A DNA stretch of 64,000 nt. It comes from Chrysomallon squamiferum. Lineage: Eukaryota > Animalia > Mollusca. This document shows positions 1 through 13,860 of this stretch, one piece after another; the first letter of the stretch is position 1; the number at the start of each line of letters is the position of its first letter. Under the pieces are notes generated by a model that saw nothing but the letters and a program-made list of their open reading frames with translations, did not search any database and was not told the DNA's origin. The position numbers and the translations under genes are program-made. The stretch is from assembly GCA_012295275.1 (NCBI GenBank), contig CM022669.1:12834001-12898000 (forward strand). The letters run 5' to 3'.

Positions 1-207
1 TACCATTGCTTATAGACATATGGTACTAGTGATGATATACGACACTGTTACAGTTTTATTATGCGTCCAGTAGTAATATAAAGACATAGGGTACTATTGT
101 CATACAAACATATGTTACTACACTCATATAGAAATAAGCTACCATTGTCAGGTAGATGAAATACGGTGCCACTGTCATACAGAGACACAGGCTATCATTG
201 TCATATA
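1..207. repeat. Degenerate ~24-27 bp minisatellite (consensus approx. TACCATTGTCATATAGACATAGG)
   Basis: Recurring units such as taccattgcttatagacatatgg, tactattgtcatacaaacatatgt, taccattgtcaggtag, tgccactgtcatacagagacacagg and tatcattgtcatata. The pattern resumes after the MITE at ~622 (atatagacatacg). Confidence 0.7.
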
Positions 208-621
208 GGGCTTACTCCCATTATGTCGAATTCTCAATTGGTCGAATTGCCCAAACAATAATAAATACGGTTCAATGGTCTTACTGACATACAAGCTGTT
301 ACCTTAGCATTATAATGAAGTGTTCTGATTATCTGGAAACCGATTATTATCGCTTATTGCATAAAGTATCCAGATGTGACAAATACTGAAATAGTCCATG
401 TACTGAATGTAGTGAATGTCAGTAAATAATTTTTAAAAATCTCCAGCTAAAAATTGTTATTTAATCAAAAAGCAATCACTGCAGTTTCATTAGGTGACAG
501 TATGTAATCAAAACTTGTATGAACACGAAGAGGCCATATTCAATACATACACAGAGTATGAGGTATTTCGGTAGACGAGTTATTCCGACCTATTGGGAAT
601 TCGACCAAATGGGACGACACC
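208..621. mobile_element. Non-autonomous DNA transposon (MITE) with ~45 bp imperfect TIRs, probable TA target duplication
   Basis: Left end gggcttactcccattatgtcgaattctcaattggtcgaatt aligns with the reverse complement of the right end ggtgtcgtcccatttggtcgaattcccaataggtcggaat. TA flanks both sides (206-207, 622-623). No ORF inside. Confidence 0.75.
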
Positions 622-2009
622 TAATATAGACATACGTTCCAGTGTCTCAAACTTCTACAGTTTTTAATTCTGTCACGATTGCCTAACTTTTATATAGAAA
701 TAAAAATTAGCAGCAGTAAATTATAAAAAAGGAAACATTCTATATTACTTTAATACTCTTTAATTCAATCAGAAATATTCATTGTGCCATATATTTTCAA
801 TGTTGTTATAGACTCATATTTACTAAACTTGTACAATATTAATTTTTCTCGTGTGCACAAACCCCATGATTATGAAAAAATCAAGTTGTATATGTAATAA
901 TGTGTTTAACTTATTATATACTTTATCTCAAATGTAAATATATTTAAAAATTTCATGTTGTATATTATATCATCACATTTCATATTAAAAATTTTCGAAA
1001 CTCATATTGATTTAGTTGTTAATTTTTAATTTTGGTGGGTTTTTTTCCTTCTGTTATTCTTTGTTTGTTATGGCTGATATCATGTAAATAAATACCCAAT
1101 CTGCAATCAGGATATATTCTAAGAACTATAAAAATCAAGAGTTTATATTGATAATGCTTCTGCAAAACAGATGTTAATATAACTGTGAATCCCACACAAA
1201 TATCCTCATGCAGGAATGCAAATACAATACCAGTTTATTGTTTATTTAGCAACAAACATTTAAGCGTATAAATAACTGTGATCATTTCAGATTAAAAATA
1301 GTGTACATTAATAAAGCTTAATTAGAAGGTAAACTTAAAGCAGTCAGTGCAGCTAAATATACGTTTTATTACCCCAGTGACATCATTACTGAAAGTCATA
1401 GTGATGCGAATCTTCGGGGACTTTAGTGATCCACTAATCTAAATAACGGACATAGAAATAAAACTAGTCGAATGAAATATTTATAGTGAATCGATCCTGC
1501 TGACCTCCGTTTCTCACCACTGGGGTCATTATCGGCTAGTTCGTACACGTGGCTGAAGCCGATTTACGACGCAGAGTTACTTGATGTGTTAACATAATGG
1601 TCGTCGTGGGCATTTCTCTGATATCGCATCATAAAAAGGGGTTTTCAGCAAAGTAGTCTCACTGACCTTTTTGTTAGCCGTCGTTTTCTTGAGGGGCAGA
1701 TAAGTTAATTTTCGTGTCAAGATGGTATTCGTTTGCGCCATCGTGTCATGCACTGATTTAATTTTTGTCAGTCAAGTCTTGCAAATAATCTGTCGCTGTT
1801 TTTTTTCTTCTTTTTTTTGGTGGATTAACATGATTTGTTTTGCCTCTTCTATGTAATTTATTAACGAGAAATGGCAGACTGACCTTAATCTACCAATTCT
1901 TAGCTGAAGGAAGATGCAGGAATCATAATTGTGTAAACGTGTAAAAAAAAAAATATATATATATATATATTACAGACACATACATTCCAAGCAGAAACAG
2001 AAATATGTT

Positions 2010-2198
2010 CTACAATACTGACATACATGCATGCATACTACATACCTATCTACAAACCTACCTTCCTACATACCTCATACCTGCACCTACCAACCTACTT
2101 ACCTACATACATATACACAACATACATACGTACATACACACATACATAATACATACACACATACATACAAATAAAAAAGTCTTCCTCACAAATATTTT

Positions 2199-2257
<59 letters not shown>

Positions 2258-2274
2258 CTCTCTCTCTCTCTCTC
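2010..2274. repeat. Degenerate (ACAT/ACCT)n followed by (CT)n
   Basis: Directly visible; source of spurious ORF 2005..2412. Confidence 0.9.
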
Positions 2275-3009
2275 GACTATTCTTCTTCCTATTTATTGTT
2301 CTTTTACACTTTCTCTCACACACGATTCTCTTTTATTAGCTATATACATGTTAGTAACCTTTCATCTGTGTTTACTGACAGAGGCAAACATTTGCAGACA
2401 TTTTTTTTTTAAAGTAAAAAAGCAATCTTTCAGTAAGCACACGCTTTAAGCCATTAACCGTAAATAATACATATTAATGAAATCAATTCATTTATTAATA
2501 ATAAAACAGCTGCAACAAACGGTAACCGATGCGTCAGTTAGTGCATATTCAGTGCATTGAGAATTCTTTTACAAAAACTCATTCAGTTTGTGTTTGTCTC
2601 TGTGAGGAAAACAGTAAACTGACAACAACGTTAATACACAGAACCATTTTGCCGTTTTCATTTTTATTTAATATGTGTAAAAAAAGGATTAATATTTTCT
2701 TTGATGTCTGTAAGCACGTGCCTAATAATATTTAAAGGAATTTTTGGTCCTCTTTTTCCATTAATGTTTTTTTTTTAATTTTTTATCTTTTTCATCTCTG
2801 ATTTTAATTTATTATCTTTAAAAAAAAATGCACACAGTCTGTGAGGTTCAGTATAGAAATCCAAAATCGGAACTGTCTTCGGTAAATATTAAAATGCAAA
2901 GTACAAAGGAAGCAAAATAAACTTAATAAAACCTAATAAAACAAAATAAATCCATTTTCATTTGGTCAGCATTATATGCCTTACATTTTGAATTAGACCT
3001 GTATTAGTG

Positions 3010-3365
3010 TATGCGTTTGTTCAGTTTGTATATTATGTGTGAATATATTCTGTTTATGCGTATGTATTTTTATTTGCATGAATGTATGTATGTATGCATA
3101 AATTCATATATGTATGTATTTGTATTTTTGTATCATATTTGTGTGTATATGTGTTTACGTGTGTACGTATGTATCGTGGCATATATGCATGAATATTTGA
3201 ACTTATATGAATATATATGAATGTTTTTTGCTATAAATAAGTGTGTGAGTGTGTGTATGTGTGCGTGTGTATGTGTGTGTATGTATGTGAGTGTATGTGT
3301 GTGTATGTGTGTGTGTATGTGTGTGTGAATCTGTGTGTGTGCATGTATGTGCATGTGCATGTACA
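3010..3365. repeat. Degenerate (ATGT)n/(GT)n microsatellite
   Basis: Directly visible; source of the CVY-rich and HT-rich ORFs. Confidence 0.9.
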
Positions 3366-6300
3366 CTGGATACGTATAGGTCACTTAATAACTCATGGGA
3401 AATCACCTCACACGAAAATGACATTTACACAGACGATGATAACTAACGTCTACGTTTGTTCGGAAGTCGTGATCGTGACCTGCACTGGATTTCTACAGCA
3501 CTGTCTGTCAGGGGAAGCTTGCCTGGTAACAGAAAGCTCGCACAGCTTCCAAAACAAGATACGCTTTAAGCAGTCTGATTCTTTGCATTGCGTTACATAA
3601 CCATGTCCAGTTTGGCATCTTCGCAGATGACAAGCTCAGCGTATTCTTTCAGGAGGGCTAAGTGCAGAACCTTGTAATGGCGACGGTTTGACTAGCGAAC
3701 AACAAAGTCCTTGTAGTGACTTCTGTTAAGTGTATGTAAGCGAATCGTGTAACATGTTCGCAAGAGAATATGACATGGCTGCAAAGAATCAATCTTCGTT
3801 TGATAACATTAATGGCTGGAGATAAAAAAAATAAAAAAATAAAAAAAAAATAAAAAAAATAAAAAAATAGATGAAGGAGAAGAAAAAAAAATATTTGCTT
3901 TCAAAATTCATTGAAGAATCTTGGGGATTATACATATTTTTTCTTTTGAACCCCACTCTGTCATGGCATGACCGATGTTTTTTTGCTGGCTTTGCCAACA
4001 GATCAATGTGTTTTGCAATAGGGGAAGTTATTTGCTCTGTCTCTTTGCTCGAAACAAGAATCGATATGAAGAGCATTTGAGCTATTTCATTAAAAGGTAA
4101 ATGTAATAAATATCCAAGCATTTCTTTTATTAATCAAACGCGTGGACTTAATATGTAAATGAACGAAGCCGAAAAACACGACACATCAAAGTTTGGAACT
4201 CCGTGGCGCTTCTGAAACCGTAGTAGACTTTAAACGTGGCTTTTATTTGCTTACAGCGTCAGAAAACTCTTAAAAACTGACTTTCATTGAAGTCTGTCGA
4301 GAGGGTAATCATATTTAGTCTAAGTTATTTGACAACGCTGGTGAAAAATAATTCAAATTAATTTTATTGGGTTCAATGGTTTTGCTTTATCATTTTGCTG
4401 TTTAATGTTTTGCTCTTGTCCTTTTTTTTTTTTAGCTTGTACTTTTCTTTCTTAAGTTTTCTTTCTTTATTTCTTTATTTTGTATAAATGATTGATCTTG
4501 TTTATTTAACTTAAAAAGTAGCTTTAAAGAAATGTTTTCAAAAATAGAAATACGAATAAAAAAGAGGAAAACTGTTACTAAACCTTTACGCTTTATGAAT
4601 AGGATATATTCTTTATAGGTATCCTAAATCTACTGAATAGTCGTTTAGGTTATATTAAACTGATTTGACTATTGATCGAAATATAATTCTTCATGCTACT
4701 GACAAACAATGAAAGAAAAATGAAGAAAACAAAGTCCGATTTTTATAAAAGAGTGAAGAATAAGACAAAACAGATCAAGAAAACATTTAATTTCAATCGA
4801 CGCTGTTTACTGGGTCATACTGTGAAACAAATCATTCATTGCAGAATGTCTTTCCACTGATTTGCTAATTCTGTATTGCTACTAGAGCAGCAGAACTAGT
4901 ATTTCTTCAGCAAGGAATGCTATCATTTTACTAACTTGTTAACATATTAATTTCACAATATTAGTGGAATAAGCTTATGAACAAGTTTGTCAATGAAGAG
5001 TCTTGTTTAATTGATATACTAGGCATTACTGCCAGTTAAATAACGTTATTAATATTCGGATTTAAGGAGGTCTCCTTTTAGTAACTTACAGAATAATTCT
5101 ATTAACATTAACCTTTTTCTGAATGCTATGTCTTCTGTTATAACAAAGGATTTTTAAATTTAACTAATCAAAACGTTAGTTAAGGCTATCAACTCATTCA
5201 TCAGGTGAAGGCATCGTTCAAAGGATTACAAACCCAGTACGTTATCTCACAAATAATGTACTAATCTATCATCACTCTTTTATTTAAGCTACCAGAAATC
5301 CGTCTGAACTTAGAAATGAAATGTATTCACGTATAATTATTTCATCATTTGCTTTATACAATCCACCGTTAGATTCAGCTTTAATTAGAGACTCTATTTA
5401 AGAAATATTAAAATATAGTTAAAAATGTTATAATCACTTAGATACATCCAACACGTTTATCTTCAGAATTCAGTTGCCAAAATTAAGGCACCAGTCAAGG
5501 ACATGATGCCGCAAGGTCTAGAAGCTTGAACAGTCTGCCCAGGACAGCACTGTGTTAGTATGTTAGAAGTCTGGATACGCTGAACGTCGGGACAAACGTA
5601 TACTGCAAACAACAGCCTGCAGCGGTTTATCTTGAACGCTACGTAGTTAGTTAACGAAGACCACACCACTGTGAGACAGATTCGTTTTCCGTCAGAAATA
5701 TTTCTTTGACAAATCTCTGCAACAGTCGGCGCAATAAGTTCAGCTGTCATCAACATACAGACCAATAACCTTGTTAACAGAAGTGTCAAGGAAATGTGGA
5801 GAGCACATGGTCATTATCCTATCCATTATGGATAGCTAAGAAAGATAGTACTATTAATGTAATTTTTTTTTTTTTTTGCCGGTTTCAGCTGGAGTCAAGC
5901 ACATTTGTCGTGGTCACTGATAAATTATGGAAACAACTGTTACTTTACATTCGTCTGGCTCAAGCACGTTTGTTATGGACATTGATTGAATGTAATATTA
6001 ACACAATATACTATAATGCCAATAGAAAAAAGTGGTGCGTTAGCCTGGTTTGATGTGGTCATTTAAAACTTTAAGTATTGTACAAATAGGTATTTTCTTA
6101 TATCTGTATGATATATATATATAAACTTAGTATATCTATGACTTGTACATGAATTATACATATGTGTGTTTATATGTATGTATGTATTTTTATATGTGTA
6201 TATGTGTGTTGTGTGTATGTGTATGTGTGTGTGTCCGTGTGTATATATAGATAGATAAATAGATGAAGAGATAGAGAGATAGAGAGATGAATAGATCTTA

Positions 6301-7905
6301 ATGGCGTATAACAGAATGATCCAGGCAAGTTTATCAACACGCAGTATGTTATGATTCAAACTAATTATGTTCATACCTTAATTAGGTATAGGATACAGAC
6401 CCACTGTGTAAAGTAATCGCAATAATTTATTATGTTTTTATTACTGTTTCGTTTTTTAAATTATTGACTGATATCTTAAATAATAAAGAAATACTATTAA
6501 TTACAACCAAAAAAAAATGTTGTTATAATCGTTATTCACATCAATAGCATGACGGTTATGCAATGCAGGTGATGCCATTTTCTGCTTTAATGTGATATTT
6601 AAATGCTAATGTGTTTGGCTGAAACCTTAACTGTATATAAATCACAATTATTGCGTCAATAAGTATTAAAAACACTGTAGTATCAATAACTGTCGATCCT
6701 CATATTTCAAATTTATTACTTTAATAACTGCCAATCTATAATTAATTCTACGCTTCGTTATTTTACTAATAATCGTCTCCCACGCACACGCATAAGTGCA
6801 CGAGCACTCACACCACCTTTGACGACCACCTGAATATGATAGTCACCCTTTTTTAAAAAGCGCCCCCACCCACGCCCCAAGATACGATTCACTGCTTGTT
6901 TAAATCTTCATAATAAAAACCTGTCTAATAACAATGGTCAATGCCTGGTTTCTCTAGTGACCGATAAAAACGGGTTGGACTGTATCTGAAAAAAATAAAA
7001 AATAAAAAAATAAAAAACCAACAGACTGTTTCGTTTTCTTCCCTAAAACTACGTCTGTTTGTAACACAGCGACATAATTGCTGAAATAACAAAGTCCAGC
7101 GTCATCTGACCTTTTCATTTCAATTATTCCGACGTCTATCATGACCGCAACAACGTCGTCTGGCCTTGCGAAAACATCAACAGCAGATTACAGACAGTTC
7201 TTTTTGATATTAAAATAGAAAAATGATTCATTACAGTTTATCGGGATAGCTGATTATTTTCTTCATGACGTATTATTTTTCGATAATGGAACATCTGATT
7301 TTCATATCGAAAGACGTATTGCAAATCGATTGACTTGGAAACGAGTTGCGAAATAAAACACTGAAACATGATGACTTAATTGCATGTGCATGTCAACTTA
7401 TGCGCGTGCATACTATTAATGTCTTTTTGGATTGAGTAATAAATAAATTAATTCCATGAAAACGAGCATTTGATATGTTTAGAAAAAAAAATGTAGTCAT
7501 GGAAATCTAAATAGCACTATAACTTACTTCAGATGTGTGCGTTACTTTCGGGGTAAATTGCTTGTTGGTGAGATATGCTTCTTGTAAGCGAAGGAAACTT
7601 TAAATCTTATACGATGGACATGCTTTTTCCTCTTAAGGTGAACGAAACGGATACTCTTCACGATACGGATAAAATTGGAAATTCGATTATGCAATACAAT
7701 ATCGACTAATAATTAACTGTTCGCCAATGAATATGTCAGAGAATGGGATTAAAAAACGTTAAAATCTATCATGGAAAACAGACAACACCAAAAATTTATT
7801 ACAGTAATAATTACTATTATTATAACTAAAAAAATGACAAGCTTCAAATTTATAGCCACGTCTCCAAGTGTTTAGCTTAGGTTTTAGAACAATTTAATCA
7901 CAGAT

Positions 7906-7926
7906 AATAATAATAACAATAACAAC

Positions 7927-7979
<53 letters not shown>

Positions 7980-8010
7980 TAATCATAATAACAACAACAA
8001 CAACAATAAT
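7906..8010. repeat. (AAT)n/(AAC)n microsatellite
   Basis: Directly visible. Confidence 0.95.
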
Positions 8011-8960
8011 TGAAATCACTTCATTTATTTAAGCATAGGTCAGAGAATAATGCAAAAAACATAGTAAACTGTGTATGTATGTATGCAGTTTAGGATTTTT
8101 AATATACTTTGTCTTATGTACGTCTGAATAGACTCTGCACATAGACAATATTCTGGAACGCACTGACACAGGAGGACAAAGTCCAATGACGACCTCACGA
8201 ACGTTTGGCTTTCATTCGCCCGCACTCCGAAGACGGACGACTTTTCAGTTCGACCATCAATACGTACGTAATCATGAATATGTGTGTATGTATGTGTGTG
8301 TATACTTCACTGTGCATATCAGGGTTAAAGAATAATATTCAAACTTAGTAAACTGTTAAGCATAACCATAGACACAACAGATCAATAAACGTATTGCATT
8401 TTTTTCGGACTTGTCCGCTATAATTTCAAACTATATCAGTATAAATACATTTGTCAGTTTACGTTAATGTTCCTGTCTTTGAAGACATCGGCTAGCCACA
8501 AGTCATTAGCCAGACCTTCAGTTGCTTAGACATCATTTACACACAGTTTCTTTAGAAAGATTAAAATAATTGCATCACGAATCGGCTGACAATATTCTAT
8601 TTCACGATCAACTAATTCTTTTCAGTAGAAATATCTTATACAATTTCACTGTGAGTGTTGATATTTTAACTGATGGTCATTTAGTCTTTAGAAACATTAA
8701 AATGAGTTCATAATAAACTGGGTGTCCTTATCTTAGTTACTTCATTGTTAATTAATACTTTTTCATTTGAAATAACAAAACGTTTTCATCATGAAGTAAG
8801 GTACATATTTTAGTAGACTTTCTTAATGTATTAAAGCTAACAGCAGCTTACTTAACATTGAGACATCATTAAATTTTAGCTGTTTTATAACTGACGATAT
8901 TTCAAATAATGGTCAGTCAATATTATTATTATTATTTTTATTTTTTATCATAAGATGGTG

Positions 8961-9013
8961 AAACTAATATAGTAAAACTAATATAATAAAACTAATATAG
9001 TAAAACTAATATA
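8961..9013. repeat. 14 bp tandem repeat AAACTAATATAGTA, ~3.8 copies
   Basis: Units at 8961, 8975, 8989 and 9003, with one mismatch. Confidence 0.9.
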
Positions 9014-9674
9014 CCCTGTGAAGTCAGGTGTTAACTTTCAAAATACAGTTAATGTTTTATGACAAGTGTCTCGCTGAACATTTATTTCCAGCTTTTCTTA
9101 CTTTACTCACTCAGCACCTTCGTCCGTATTTTTAGTTGCGTGACAGTCAGTTAATAACATTAGCTCTAACGTAATCTGTCCACCACAATGTTAACCATTT
9201 AATACAATGCATCTGAAATTGTGTTACATATATCTCAGAGCGCGATTCTTTCAGCTTTCTTTAATCAGTCGCACTGTCTATATCTGAAATAACGTCACAG
9301 ACAAACCAAATTAAAAGTTGACCCAGAGCAGCGTACGGCGATTCGTTTGACCGTTTCAATCACAGGAAATGATCTAGAGAATACAGTGACCTAGACTGTG
9401 ACTCTGGACCGGGTCCAGGAAGGTTTAGGTTTAATATTTACCCAAAGCAGAGTTAACGCTTCTGTTCTATTTCTGGTTTGGTCGAAGGTTAAGTTAAAGG
9501 TGTATTTTAAAGAGGCAGTATTCTTAGATCAAGAATAGAGAAATATATTTTACTAGGAGCGTTTCGTTACAAAATGAATCAAATACGTTACTCTGCTGAT
9601 AACTGTTCTTTGAATAAAACATGTTACCGTATTAGTAACTGTTTTTATTTACTATTATCTCGTAGTCAAAATAC

Positions 9675-10095
9675 TAGTAGTAGTGGTAGTAGTAGTAATT
9701 CTGGAAGCTAGGAAATAGGGATTGTGGTGATAGTTGTGATAGCAGTAAAGGTTTTGTTGCTAAAATTTGGAGAAGCAGTGGTAGTAGTCGCAGTAGTAAC
9801 AATCACAGTTGTAGTAATGGTAGTAGCAGTAGTGTTGGTAGTGGTGGTAGTAGTCGCCCTTGTAGTAATGGTGGTAGTAGTGGTGTTGGTAGTTGTGGTA
9901 GTAGTGGTAATTGTAGAATAATAATAATAGTATCGATAGTATAAATATTAGCATTAACAGTCACATTAGTAATAGTGGTAAAAGCATCATCATCGTCGTC
10001 ATCATCATCATCACTAGCAGAAGCAGGAGCATCAGTGTTAGTAGCAGTAGTAATAGATGGAGGTAGTGGTAGTGATGGTATAATAGTTGCAATTA
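9675..10095. repeat. Degenerate (GTA/GTG/GCA)n trinucleotide tract
   Basis: Directly visible; gives the poly-V ORFs. Confidence 0.9.
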
Positions 10096-10744
10096 TGAAA
10101 TATTCTGAGTCTTCAGAAAGAAAACAAATTTACTTTGAGGAGGCAAAGCCAGTCAAATGAAAAGATAATCTGAAATTCTAACAGTGATAGAATGGTGTTA
10201 ACGATGGTGAATGCGATTGCCGTAGTAGTAGTGGTTGATGTAACAAAAAATTAATAACTGTAGTAATAGTAGCAATAATTTTGGTGTCTCGCAAATATCT
10301 TGCAAGTAATTTCTTTCTTTCTTTTTTTTTTTTTTTTTCAAAAAATAAATAAAAAATGTCAAAAGCACATTTGGTTATATTGGGGGGGGGCAGTTTTAAA
10401 AATGTATTTTATGTTTGATGTTATACTTTCGTTTTTCTATTTATAGATATCCATGAAAAGATATCTTGGTTAATCGTTTGGTTTTCTTGCTGTATAAACT
10501 GTAATAGATCGATTATTTTTTGGTTACTTTCGGATCAACTGCAGATAGATGGCTCAGAAAACGGTCAGTTTGTACAGATGTCGATATTTACACTGTATGA
10601 AAATACATCCATGCCTCGTCCGAAAACACTTAGCAACACTTTAATAGTCCCGTCCAAGAACAGCTCCGTCGTCAAGGATAATGGATAATTCAGGTTCCGG
10701 GCCCATAATCTAAATAAAGTGCTATCATTGACCAGTCGTTTATT

Positions 10745-10790
10745 TTTGATCGCCATCTTGACTCAGAGAGTCACGTGGGGTCTGATCTGT
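10745..10790. promoter_or_regulatory. Candidate cis-regulatory motif cluster (YY1-like, AP-1, extended E-box)
   Basis: CGCCATCTTG 10751-10760, TGACTCA 10759-10765 and GTCACGTGG 10770-10778 lie within 30 bp. Function is inferred. Confidence 0.4.
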
Positions 10791-11851
10791 TTACCTCCCA
10801 CTGAAAAATATCTGTGTACTTCTGCGTAAGGAAAAAACCAATCCATTTTCATTGTAAATGTTGACACGTTTTCAGCCTGTCTGAAACATTAGGGACAGAA
10901 CGCCAATTGCTGGAATGATTATCTCTACAACACTGGAAGCGATTAATTTTCTTTTGTTTACATGTGGTAGTTTTAATTACGGAAAGTCTAGAAGCCACCA
11001 GAAGCTGGCAGAGTCAAAAGGGAACTGTTTGCATTTAAAGAAAACGAGAAAGCAGCATCGTTAACTTTGAGGTTACGAAACAATCAAAATTCAATAACTG
11101 GTCAAACAATCCACGAAATCCTCTTAACAAAATACACAATAAATATTTTAAAAAAAAAGAAAAAAAAAAAAAGATATTTTCAGTTGTTTTATTTTGTTTT
11201 CTGTTACTCAAACGTTCCTTTTAGCCATCGCCAATCCAGCGACAATCTACAAACAAGATGTACAAGCCTTTGGCATTCGTTCGAAGCGATCAATTTATAA
11301 TTTATGAGCTGAACTTTTTTGCCTCAATATTAAAGCTCTAAAAAGACATAATACTAAATAAACCATTCCTTTCCTTGACATTATTGTTTTCCTATTACCA
11401 TTCTGTACAACTCTTTGTGACGTAAGTTCTTGACAGAAATCCGCCATCCAACGCTCTCAATCCACACAAAGAGTCAGTTTGATCATTTTATTAATTTTAT
11501 TATGAATTTTAGAGATAGAAACCCATTTTCTCGACATGGCGATTTTTTACGTTAATTTACTGCACCTGTGACTACATTGATAAAAACGGTTGTTCTGCAC
11601 TGACTTAAAGCTGTGAGTTACACGTAAAATCGTGTTTTATGGACTAATTGCCACGTATTAATTACCACAATAACCGTACGTTAAGACCATTAGCTATAAT
11701 GTGATCTAAAGTCTGATGAACGTAAACATCTGATATTAAAAGAACACTGATTTACACTGACAAGGTTGAACTTTTATCGGTTTCTCTTTTCTGGCCTTGA
11801 TAAAGTCAATGAGCTGGTTTTGTCCACGGTTCCAGCCTCGCTCGGTTATCA

Positions 11852-11903
<52 letters not shown>

Positions 11904-12078
11904 TTGTTGTTGTTGTTGTTGTTGTTGTTTTGTTGTTGTTTTGTAATTGTGGATGTTGTTGTTTTTGGTGCTGTCGTTACTGTTGCTATTGCAATGCGGG
12001 TGCAATAGAATATTATCTATTGTTATTATTATTATTATTGCTATTCTTCTTCTTCATTTTCTTCTTCTTCTTCTTCTT

Positions 12079-12109
<31 letters not shown>

Positions 12110-12262
12110 TTATTATTATATTTATTTTTACCATGGAAAATAAATCATCATCACCTTTTCAAAAAATAGGTCGTCCTTTTTATTTATTTATTTATTTTAT
12201 TTTTGTTAATAATCATTATATTGAAATATGCAGTTAATAACCTACGACGAACGACGACGACG

Positions 12263-12316
<54 letters not shown>

Positions 12317-12320
12317 GTAA
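11852..12320. repeat. Compound trinucleotide microsatellites (CTA)n, (TTG)n, (CTT)n, (AAT)n
   Basis: Directly visible. Confidence 0.95.
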
Positions 12321-13115
12321 CAACAGATTACAGAAATCACTAATACTAACCTTATTAGACTTTTACTGTGCTTTGGACTAAAGTAAATAAAACATGTTTA
12401 AATGTCTTACCTTATGTAAATAGTGCTATATGAGCTGATAGGACTAAACGTCACAATGATTTTGACGTCATAATACCTCGACCTTTAACCTTTTATTGAA
12501 CGATACACAGAAGTTGATTGAAGCCGGTAATACTTTTGTTTTTGATTTGATGGCGTTTTTTTGTTGTTGTTGTTGCTTTTGTTCTTGTTCTTGTTTTTCT
12601 TCTTATTATTATGAGTGTCCTTCTTCTTATTGTTGTTGTTGTTGTTACTATTATTTAAAAGACTGAATTAATATCAACTGCTTTTTTCTCTAGTAAAGTT
12701 GTTTTCTATATAAGTTAGTATAGTCTCAATTTGAAATTACATTGTTGTTTTATTATGATTATTATTATTATTATTATTATTATATTTATTATTATATTAT
12801 TGTTGTTGTTGTTGTTGTTATTATTATTATATAGAAATAGCAGTTTTTGTTGTTGCTGCTGTTTTTTTTTCAAATCTAATTATAATACATTTTTTCTTTC
12901 TCTGAACCTAATAAAAGAAAAGAAAATGTCATTTCAGAATATTTTTTTATTTTATTTCTCACAATTTGATTATTTTTTCTTCTTTTTCTTCTCTTTTTCC
13001 CCTCCTTTCAACTGGAACAACTGGAAGTAATTAAGATTTTTTTTTATATATCATGTAATTAAGACTTTTTTTTTTTTTTTTATTATTTTTTTTTTTTTTT
13101 TTTTTTGTATTCCAG

Positions 13116-13150
<35 letters not shown>

Positions 13151-13743
13151 ATAATTAGTCTTATTAGGCCAAAATAAACTAAGGAAAATGATATTTATAA
13201 AAAAAAGAGCTTGACAGAAATATCAAATACAAAAAAAGATGAATATTACACACACATTAGATTGATGTGAAACCTATTTATTTTTTATATTGCAATTTAA
13301 TTCGTAATAGAAAATGATTTTGGTAATTTTTTTCATGTTGAGAAAATTAGTTTGAAATAACCAATCTCGTTTGTTTTGATTTTTCTGTTTTGTTTCGTTT
13401 AAATTTTAATTGTATTTTATTTAAGATTTAAAAAAGTTAGTAAATAAGTACATAAATAAGTAAGTAAGTAAGTATGTAAGTAAATAAATAAATAAATAAA
13501 TAAATAAATGCAAATGCTATTCTTTTTAGAATAATGTTTCAGTTAATAGTGCTGTATTATATGAAACTCTAGAATGTTCATCAGATAAGTTTTAATTTTG
13601 TTTTGTTGTTACAACCATTTTAATACCATTACATTTAAGTTATCTCATAATATTTTGAAGTAGAAGATATTATTTTAAATTAATTTTAAATAGCATTACA
13701 TTTTCAGATAATGCTATTGCAAATATTAGAACATGAAAAAAGC

Positions 13744-13747
<4 letters not shown>

Positions 13748-13838
<91 letters not shown>

Positions 13839-13860
13839 GACTGTCTCTCTCGCTCGCTCG

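Noticed and set aside
5463-5789. 108 aa Cys-rich minus-strand ORF with a hydrophobic N-terminus (secreted-peptide look)
   Set aside because: Starts at TTG, has no recognisable cysteine framework or splice structure, and a few ORFs of this length are expected by chance in the GC-richer islands.
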